From a bacterium (GTDB lineage Bacteria > UBA8248): 64,000 bases of DNA. The notes beneath the pieces are model-generated. The model saw nothing but the letters and a program-made list of their open reading frames with translations, was not told where the DNA came from and did not search any database. Made by a program: the position numbers and the translations under genes. The stretch covers positions 608,001 to 672,000 of the forward strand of contig CBDCRP010000002.1 in assembly GCA_965221165.1 (NCBI GenBank). Reading direction: 5' to 3'. Positions 57,134 through 64,000 of this stretch are shown here, one piece after another; within the stretch, counting starts at the first letter, position 1; each line of letters opens with the position of its first letter.

Positions 57134-57886
57134 ATGGAAGCTGTCAAAGTCTATACGCGGCACGGGTGATACACCTGCGCCCTTACGAGAGAGTTTCTCT
57201 CGTCCAGCGGTCTGGAAGTCATCAACAGAGACTGCACGAACGACGCAGATGCCCAGGCGGAACTCAAGGCGCTGGGCATCAAGTCCCTGCCCGTCGCCGT
57301 GCGCGGCGAAAACGTGGTGGTGGGCTACAACGTGGATGAGCTTCGAGATGCCTTTGATATCGAACAAGAAGGCGCTGGCCCGCTATCGTCAGAAAAAATG
57401 CTCCACTACTTCGAGATGGTCTTCGACGCCCTGCGCCGCGTGGTTCGCCAGATTCCGCAGGAAACGCTCGATTGGGTGTCTCCCGGCAGACCCCGCACGC
57501 TCCGCCAGCTCACCTGGCACAGCTTCGAGCGGCCCGACCTGGTGATGCAGGCCCACGCATCGGGGGAATACACCGAGGATATGGTGAGGGAATATGAAAC
57601 GGCGGCGAACAACTACCACACCCCGGAGGACATCTGCGCCTATGGCGATGAAATCCAGGCCAGGCTCGCCGATTTTCTCACAGACGGCGGCGAGGCGCTC
57701 GCCCAAAAAGTGTCGAGCTACATGGGGCCCATCACCATACATGAATTGATGATTCTCTCTCTCGGGCACGGGTTCCAGCATTTGCGGCAGACCTACCACT
57801 ACTTCGGCATGGTGGAGATTGAGCCGGAAAACCCCTTACGTCCCGAGGATTACGAGGAAGTGCCCATGCCCAAGGATCTTTTCTAG
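57134..57886 (+). CDS. putative selenoprotein: glutaredoxin/NrdH-like UxxC domain fused to DinB-like domain
   Basis: GGAG RBS, MEAVKVYTRHG-TGA-YTC in frame with track ORF 57299-57886; cis-Pro loop KSLPV, VVGYN; DinB His motifs LTWH and GHGFQH. Confidence 0.8.
57185..57203 (+). promoter_or_regulatory. bacterial SECIS-like hairpin
   Basis: ACGAGAGA-GUU-UCUCUCGU; G-initiated loop begins 23 nt after the UGA (57167-57169). Confidence 0.65.
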
Positions 57887-57917
57887 CCCAGCCTATCAGT
57901 TTTAAGGAGGCCGCCTG

Positions 57918-59195
57918 ATGCCCTCGAAAGACACCTTTCCCCTGCGCGCCAACCGCGCCCGCATGAGGCGTGAGTTCAACGCGCAGGCGCGAATCGGAAA
58001 ATTCGGGAAAACGGGTCTCGACCGCGTGGCCTTCACCCCGGTCTACAACGAGGTGCGCGATCTCGCCGAGGGCTGGATGAAGGAAGCGGGCCTCAAGACG
58101 CGCATCGACGCCGTGGGGAATCTCTACGGCACAAAAGAGGGCCGCATGCGTGGACTTCCCGCCGTGATGGCAGGCTCGCACCTCGATTCCCAAAGCCCGG
58201 GCGGGCGATTCGATGGCCCCGCAGGCGTCCTCACCGCCCTGGAAGCGGTTCGGCGCATCGCCGAGGCGGGCCTCGCCCATGATCACCCCATCGAGGTGGT
58301 GGCGTTCGTGGGGGAGGAATCCGCCTGCGGAATGACGGTGTTCGGCAGCAGCGTCGCCACGGGCGTCGTGGGCGTGAAGAATTTGAAGAACACGGTGCAT
58401 CCGCCCACCGGAAAATCCCTGTACGAGGCCATCGAAGCGGTGGGCGGAAACCCCGCGCGCGTGCGCTCCTGCCAGATCAAGAAGGGGTCGCTCAAGGCCT
58501 TTTTGGAGCTTCACATCGAACAGGGCCCGGTTCTGGAATCGAGCGAGACGCCCATCGGCATCGTGGACAGGGTGGTGGGATACACGAGGGGAGAAATTCA
58601 TTTCACGGGCGTGGCGGCGCACTCGGGCGGACAGCCCATGCCCTACCGCAAGGACGCAGGCATGGCGGCGGCTGACTTCATGGTGCGGATGGAGAGCTTC
58701 GTGAACCGCGCGCCCGATTCCCAGCGCATGACGATCACCTTCGGCGAAATGGAAGCGCACCCGGGGTGGGTGTCCATCGTGCCCGGAGGCGCGAGGCTTT
58801 CCTTCGACCTGAGGAGCAGAAGCCAGGCGGCGATGGAGCGCACCCTCGCGCGGATGGAGAAAACACTCGCCGCCATCGAGAAGGAGCGAGGCGTTGAGGG
58901 GCGCTTGTCCGGCGTGAATAAGCTGGCCGTCTGCCCCGCGTCCGCCAGGATCCAAAGGGTGCTCAGGCGCGCCTCCAAAGAGACGGGACACGCCTCGCTC
59001 GCGCTATCGAGCGGCGGGGTGCACGACGCCTGCCGCATGGCGGCGATATGCCCGATGGGCATGGTGTTCATCCCCTCGGTGGGAGGGCTCTCGCACACGC
59101 CCGAGGAGTTCACGCACTTCGACGACATGGTGAAGGGCGCTGAAATCCTCGCCTCCGCCATCGCGCACCTCTGCGACGAGAAGATGAAGGCGTAA
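57918..59195 (+). CDS. M20 Zn-dependent amidohydrolase (N-carbamoyl-amino acid / allantoate amidohydrolase)
   Basis: GSHLDS, GRFDG, GEES, ELHIEQGPVLE, SGGVHDA, GLSHTPEE. Confidence 0.92.
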   Translation: MPSKDTFPLRANRARMRREFNAQARIGKFGKTGLDRVAFTPVYNEVRDLAEGWMKEAGLKTRIDAVGNLYGTKEGRMRGLPAVMAGSHLDSQSPGGRFDGPAGVLTALEAVRRIAEAGLAHDHPIEVVAFVGEESACGMTVFGSSVATGVVGVKNLKNTVHPPTGKSLYEAIEAVGGNPARVRSCQIKKGSLKAFLELHIEQGPVLESSETPIGIVDRVVGYTRGEIHFTGVAAHSGGQPMPYRKDAGMAAADFMVRMESFVNRAPDSQRMTITFGEMEAHPGWVSIVPGGARLSFDLRSRSQAAMERTLARMEKTLAAIEKERGVEGRLSGVNKLAVCPASARIQRVLRRASKETGHASLALSSGGVHDACRMAAICPMGMVFIPSVGGLSHTPEEFTHFDDMVKGAEILASAIAHLCDEKMKA

Positions 59196-59478
59196 GAAAA
59201 AAACCAACAAGCGAAGCCTCTCCGAAATCATCTCTTCTTTACGGTGCCTAGCGGCCTTGCGCCTTTGATGGCCCTCCCGCCCCACGGACGTTCCTCGCAC
59301 ATCTGCGTTTTTAGCCTAATCCCGCTTTTCCCCTATTTGTGGGGCGATGTGTTTTGTGGTAAATTTCCGGCCTCTATATAAGGCAAAGGGCAAGTGTAAA
59401 TTTGTTGCCGCAGCTTCGTATGCGGCGTGGTGTCTCGAAACCAGAAACTCTACAGGCGCAATCGAGAGGGAGAAAAAA

Positions 59479-60738
59479 ATGAGCAGGATAATCAGACACG
59501 TCATTATCGGGTTCTTGCTGCTCCTCGCGGTGAGCATCGCCTTCACCCCCGCGGCGCGGGCGGCCAAGGAGGTCAAAATCGGATTCAGCATGGCGCTGAC
59601 CGGGCCACTCGGCCCCGCAGGCAAGGCGGCGCTGCTGGCCATTCAGATCTGGCGCGACGACGTGAACGCCAAGGGCGGATTGCTCGGCCGCAAGATCAAG
59701 CTGGTCTATTACGATGACCAGACCAAGCCCGCCAACGTCCCGGGCATCTACGCCAAGCTGCTCGACGTGGACAAGGTGGACTTCGCCGTCTCGGGCTACG
59801 GGACGAACCTCATCGTCCCCGCGCTGCCGATCATGATGGAGCGGGGCATGGTGTTCATGGGCCTGTTCGGCCTCGACGCGAACGCCAAGTTCAAATACGA
59901 CAACTACTTCCAGATCATGCCGGCCGGCCCCGACCCGGTGGTGGACTGGTCCCGCGGCTTCTTCGAGATCGCCGCGAAGCAAAAGCCCCGTCCCAAGACG
60001 ATAGCGCTGCTCTCGGCCGATTCGGAGTTCGCGCGCAACGCCGTCGCCGGCGCCCGGAGGAACGCGAAGAAATACGGCTTCAAGGTCGTCTACGACGAGC
60101 GCTACCCCTTCCCCGGCACGACCGACTTCACGCCAACTCTGCGCGCGGTCAAGGCCACCAACCCCGACCTGTTCTACGTGGGTTCCTACCCGGGCGGCTC
60201 GGTGGGCATCGTGAAGGCCGCTCACGAGATCGGCTTGAAGCCCAAGCTCTTCGGCGGCGGCATGGTCGGTCTGCAGTACACCGCCATCCAGATGAACCTC
60301 GGCAAACTGCTCAACGGCATCACGAACTACTGGTTCTGGGCGCCGGAGAAGACCCTGAAATTCCCGGGAATCGAAGCCTTCCTGGCGAAATACCAGAAAG
60401 AAGCGCCCGCCCAGAAGCTCGACCCGCTGGGCTACTATCTGCCGCCGTTCGCCTACGCCTACGTGCAGGTGCTCGGACAGGCGATTGAGGCCACCAAGAG
60501 CTTCGACCAGGCGAAGGTCGGCACCTACATCCGCAACAACACCCATTCCACCGTGGTCGGAGATGTGAAGTTCGGCAAAAACGGCGAGTGGGCGACCTCC
60601 CGGACGTTCCAGGTACAACTCCAGAACATCACGAGCAACAAGATGAGCGAGTTCAGCAAGGCCGGCAAGATGATCGTGCTGTACCCGGAGGAATTCAAGT
60701 CCGGAAACCTGATCTACCCTTACGAGAAAGCCAAGTAA
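59479..60738 (+). CDS. branched-chain amino acid-type ABC transporter substrate-binding protein
   Basis: Signal peptide, KIGFSMALTG, NAKGGLLGRKIKLVYYDD. Confidence 0.9.
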   Translation: MSRIIRHVIIGFLLLLAVSIAFTPAARAAKEVKIGFSMALTGPLGPAGKAALLAIQIWRDDVNAKGGLLGRKIKLVYYDDQTKPANVPGIYAKLLDVDKVDFAVSGYGTNLIVPALPIMMERGMVFMGLFGLDANAKFKYDNYFQIMPAGPDPVVDWSRGFFEIAAKQKPRPKTIALLSADSEFARNAVAGARRNAKKYGFKVVYDERYPFPGTTDFTPTLRAVKATNPDLFYVGSYPGGSVGIVKAAHEIGLKPKLFGGGMVGLQYTAIQMNLGKLLNGITNYWFWAPEKTLKFPGIEAFLAKYQKEAPAQKLDPLGYYLPPFAYAYVQVLGQAIEATKSFDQAKVGTYIRNNTHSTVVGDVKFGKNGEWATSRTFQVQLQNITSNKMSEFSKAGKMIVLYPEEFKSGNLIYPYEKAK

Positions 60739-60759
60739 CGAACCGGATATGATGCCGCG

Positions 60760-60782
60760 ACCGGGGGGACACACCCCCCGGT
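60760..60782 (+). terminator. hairpin after the substrate-binding protein gene
   Basis: accgggggg-acaca-ccccccggt; no U-tract. Confidence 0.4.
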
Positions 60783-60812
60783 CCGCGTCCGGAACGGGGG
60801 AGGAGAGCATCC

Positions 60813-61685
60813 ATGCTCAGTGTCGAATTTTTTCTGAACGCGCTCATGGCGGGCATCCTGCTGGGCGGTTTCTACGCCGCGATTAGCGTCGGGCTTTCGC
60901 TCTCCTTCGGTCTGCTGGACGTCGTGAACATCGCCCATCCGGCGTTCATCCTCTGCGGCTCCTACGTGACTTTTTACGTCAACGAACATTTCGGGGTCGA
61001 CCCGATAATCGCGGGCGTCGTTTTCGCCGTTCCCTTCTATTTCGTTGGCGTCGCGGTCTACCGGATCTACTACAACAGCTTCGAGAAGACGGGGGCCGAG
61101 TCCCTGCGCGGACTGGTGTTTTTCTTTGGTCTGTTTTTCCTCATAGAAGTCATCCTCATCATCACCTTCGGGGTGGACTACCGCCTCGTCCAGGCGTTCT
61201 ACATCGGCAAGTCCACGTCCATCGGCCCGGTGGGAATCGCCTATCGGCTGTTCGTGCCCTTCCTCGTGGGGGGGATACTCGCCACCGCCTTGTACCTGTT
61301 TCTCACCAAAACGTTTTTCGGGCGCGCGATCATGGGCGTGGCGCAGGACAGCCTCGCCGTCCAGCTCATGGGGGTCGACCCCATCCGGATCAAGACGGTC
61401 GCCTTCGGCATCGGCATCGCCACCGCCGTTATCGCCGGTTCCCTGCTCATCATCATCGGCCCGGTCGAGCCGACCATCGGCCGGGAATACATCGGCCGCG
61501 TGTTTGCGGTCACCGTTCTCGGCGGGCTGGGCAGCATGACGGGCACGCTCGTGGGCGCGCTCATCCTGGGCGTCGCGGAGAGCTTTACCTCCTCTTTCTT
61601 CGGCCCCTCGTGGGCCCTGGCCGTCTCGTTCGGCATTCTGCTCATCTGCCTGGCGGTCCGGCCGTCCGGCCTGTTCGGGAGGTAG
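60813..61685 (+). CDS. branched-chain amino acid ABC permease (LivH-like)
   Basis: GLSLSFGLLDVVNIAH, VLGGLGS, RPSGLFG. Confidence 0.92.
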   Translation: MLSVEFFLNALMAGILLGGFYAAISVGLSLSFGLLDVVNIAHPAFILCGSYVTFYVNEHFGVDPIIAGVVFAVPFYFVGVAVYRIYYNSFEKTGAESLRGLVFFFGLFFLIEVILIITFGVDYRLVQAFYIGKSTSIGPVGIAYRLFVPFLVGGILATALYLFLTKTFFGRAIMGVAQDSLAVQLMGVDPIRIKTVAFGIGIATAVIAGSLLIIIGPVEPTIGREYIGRVFAVTVLGGLGSMTGTLVGALILGVAESFTSSFFGPSWALAVSFGILLICLAVRPSGLFGR

Positions 61686-61689
61686 CTCC

Positions 61690-62649
61690 TTGAAGAACGG
61701 AAAGGGGCCTTTCCTGATCGTGGCCGCAGCGCTGATCGTGGGAGCGTTCCTCATCACCATCCAGATGGAGAACCGATTCTACTACAAGGCGGCCTACGTC
61801 GTTTTGCAGTACGTCGTCCTGGCCACCGCCTGGAACATCCTGGGCGGCTACACCGGCTACGTGAACTTCGGCACGGCGGCGTTCTTCGCCATGGGCGCCT
61901 ACACCGCCGTCGCGCTCATCAAAACCTGGAAGCCGCCCCTCTACGTGCTGCTCGTCGCCGGTGGTCTCGTCTCGGGTCTCCTGGGACTCGGAATCGGCTA
62001 CCTGACCTTGAGGCTCAAAGGCGTTTTCTTCTCCATCGCCACCCTGGCGCTCGCCATCGTGCTCCAGATGATCGTCTCGAACTGGGACTACGTGGGCGGG
62101 GGCGCGGGCACGCCCGTCCTCAAGCCGAGGAGCGTGCCGCTGTTCTCGAACTACGACGAGTTTCTGTTCTTCGTCATGGCGGCGCTCGCGGTGATTGCCG
62201 TGTCGACCGCCTGGCTCATCGAGAGCTCCTGGGTCGGCCGGGGAATGGCCGCCATCCGCGACAACGAGGAAGCGGCCGAGTGCATGGGCGTGCCCATCCT
62301 CAAGATCAAGCTGTTCGCCACCACGGTGAGCGGCGCCCTGATGGGTATAGCGGGCGCGCCGTTTTCCTATTTCGTCGTCTACATCGAACCCACCTCGGCC
62401 TTTCACCTCGATTACGCCGTGAACAGTCTGGCCATGCCCATGATCGGCGGCACCACCACCTGGCTCGGCCCGCTGGTCGGCGCGGTTCTCGTCGGCACGG
62501 CCCAGCAGATAGCCACCGTCACCCTCTCCTCGGAGATGAACCTGCTCATCGTGGGCAGCCTGCTCGTCGGCTTCGTGGTTTTCGCGCCCGACGGCCTCGT
62601 GGGCTTGTTTGGCAAAATCCGTGCGCGCCTCGCAGGGAGGGAGGCATGA
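61690..62649 (+). CDS. branched-chain amino acid ABC permease (LivM-like)
   Basis: WNILGGYTGYVNFG, LRLKGVFFSIATLA, AIRDNEEAA. Confidence 0.92.
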   Translation: MKNGKGPFLIVAAALIVGAFLITIQMENRFYYKAAYVVLQYVVLATAWNILGGYTGYVNFGTAAFFAMGAYTAVALIKTWKPPLYVLLVAGGLVSGLLGLGIGYLTLRLKGVFFSIATLALAIVLQMIVSNWDYVGGGAGTPVLKPRSVPLFSNYDEFLFFVMAALAVIAVSTAWLIESSWVGRGMAAIRDNEEAAECMGVPILKIKLFATTVSGALMGIAGAPFSYFVVYIEPTSAFHLDYAVNSLAMPMIGGTTTWLGPLVGAVLVGTAQQIATVTLSSEMNLLIVGSLLVGFVVFAPDGLVGLFGKIRARLAGREA

Positions 62650-63374
62650 TGAGCGACAATCTCCTCGACGTGCACGGCGTCACCAAGCGATTCGGCGGCT
62701 TCAGCGCGCTCACCAAAGTGGATTTGCACGTGAAGGAAAACGAGCGCTTCGGCCTCATCGGTCCCAACGGATCGGGCAAGACCACCCTGATCAACTGCAT
62801 CTCGGGCGCTCTCGCCAACGACGAGGGGGACATCGTCTTTTCCGGCCGGGACATCACCACCATGCCCGCCTACAAGCGAACCCGCATGGGCATCGCCCGC
62901 AGTTTCCAGATTCCCAAGCCGTTCGTCAGCATGACGGTGATCGAGAATCTCTGCATCCCGCTCGAATACGCCGCCCACCAGCACTCGCACGGGGTGGAGC
63001 TTCGCGGCGAGGCGATGGAGATACTCGAGATCATGAGCCTCGCGGACAAAGCCGAGGTGCGCACCGGGGGACTCACGCAGATCGAACTGCGCAAGCTCGA
63101 ACTCGCGCGCGCCATGGCGGCGAAGCCGAGGCTGCTCATATCGGACGAGGCCATGGCCGGCCTCTCCAACGCCGAGGTGGACGACATTCTCGAAATCCTC
63201 GTGCGCCTGAACGAGGAGGGCCTCACCATCATCATGATCGAGCACATCATGCGGGCGGTCATGAGCTTCTCGGAGCGCATCGTCGTCCTCGACGCGGGCG
63301 AGAAAATAGCCGAGGGCGCGCCCGATGAAATCGTCAACAACAAAGACGTGGAAAGGGCCTACCTTGGCGCATAG
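62646..63374 (+). CDS. ABC ATP-binding protein (LivG-like)
   Basis: GPNGSGKT, ARSFQIP, IEH, AYLG. Confidence 0.92.
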   Translation: MMSDNLLDVHGVTKRFGGFSALTKVDLHVKENERFGLIGPNGSGKTTLINCISGALANDEGDIVFSGRDITTMPAYKRTRMGIARSFQIPKPFVSMTVIENLCIPLEYAAHQHSHGVELRGEAMEILEIMSLADKAEVRTGGLTQIELRKLELARAMAAKPRLLISDEAMAGLSNAEVDDILEILVRLNEEGLTIIMIEHIMRAVMSFSERIVVLDAGEKIAEGAPDEIVNNKDVERAYLGA

Positions 63375-64000
63375 TATCGTCGTCGACAACGTCTCCGCAG
63401 GCTATGGGGCCGTGCGCGTGCTGCACGGGATCTCCATCGAGGTGAACGACGGGGAAACCGTCGTGCTCTTGGGCACCAACGGCAACGGCAAGAGCACCCT
63501 CATCAAGTGCATCATGGGCATGGTCCGGCCCGACGAGGGCGAGATATACCTGGAAGCCGACGGCGAGCGAATCAACCTGGCGGGCCGAAAACCCGAAGAG
63601 ATCGTGAACCTGGGCGTCACGCTCGTGCCCGAGGGCAGACGCCTCTTCCCGCGCCTGACGGTGGAAGAAAACCTCTTACTCGGCGCCTACCGCGAGGAGG
63701 CCCGCCGCGACATCGATCGCAACCTGGCCTTCTCCTTCGAGGCCTTCCCGGTTCTCGAGGAGCGCAAGAGCCAGCTCGCAGGCAGCATGAGCGGGGGCGA
63801 GCAGCAGATGCTGGCCGTGGCCCGCGCCTTGATGTCCGCTCCCCGTGTGCTTCTGGTGGATGAACCTTCCGTCGGCTTGGCGCCCATCCTCGTGAGCCGG
63901 GTGATCGCCAAAATCCGCGAACTCAAAGAGAAATACCAGCTCACCATCCTCATGGCCGAGCAGAACTTCAACCAGGCGGTCAAGATAGCCGACAGGGGCT
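63364..64000 (+). CDS. ABC ATP-binding protein (LivF-like), runs off window end
   Basis: Read manually from TTG at 63364: MAHSIVVDNVSAGYGAVRVLH...GTNGNGKST...MSGGEQQM...DEPSVGLAP...AEQN. Confidence 0.9.
   Translation, partial: MAHSIVVDNVSAGYGAVRVLHGISIEVNDGETVVLLGTNGNGKSTLIKCIMGMVRPDEGEIYLEADGERINLAGRKPEEIVNLGVTLVPEGRRLFPRLTVEENLLLGAYREEARRDIDRNLAFSFEAFPVLEERKSQLAGSMSGGEQQMLAVARALMSAPRVLLVDEPSVGLAPILVSRVIAKIRELKEKYQLTILMAEQNFNQAVKIADRG

Overview
GC-rich bacterial chromosome segment, probably from an uncultured Gram-negative heterotroph (taxonomy not determinable here). Core-like genes are at the left (acyl-CoA dehydrogenase, hbd, thiolase; rluD, lspA, ileS, trpS) and the right (aceE-aceF, NCS2 permease, carbamoylase, liv-type ABC transporter). 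Between two Gfo/Idh/MocA paralogues lies a ~24.5 kb composite island (~17.8-42.2 kb). It contains Tn7-like end sequences without any tns gene, internal direct repeats, an atypical Tat-exported Nap-like molybdoenzyme cluster, an IclR/TRAP-linked catabolic operon of unknown substrate and an ABC/SDR/Rid module. A second ~2.3 kb islet (45.6-47.95 kb) is bounded by a duplicated gene 3' end. It carries a REP-bracketed tandem of membrane protein plus Pro/Lys-rich micropeptide, and an orphan DNA methyltransferase. The ORF track misses a probable selenoprotein (glutaredoxin UxxC-DinB fusion with a SECIS-like hairpin, 57134-57886), two micropeptides, GEMM-I-like riboswitch candidates, GTAG-type REP elements and a 7x22-bp tandem repeat. 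No rRNA, tRNA, CRISPR array, integrase or transposase was recognised. All calls are by eye, without database searches.
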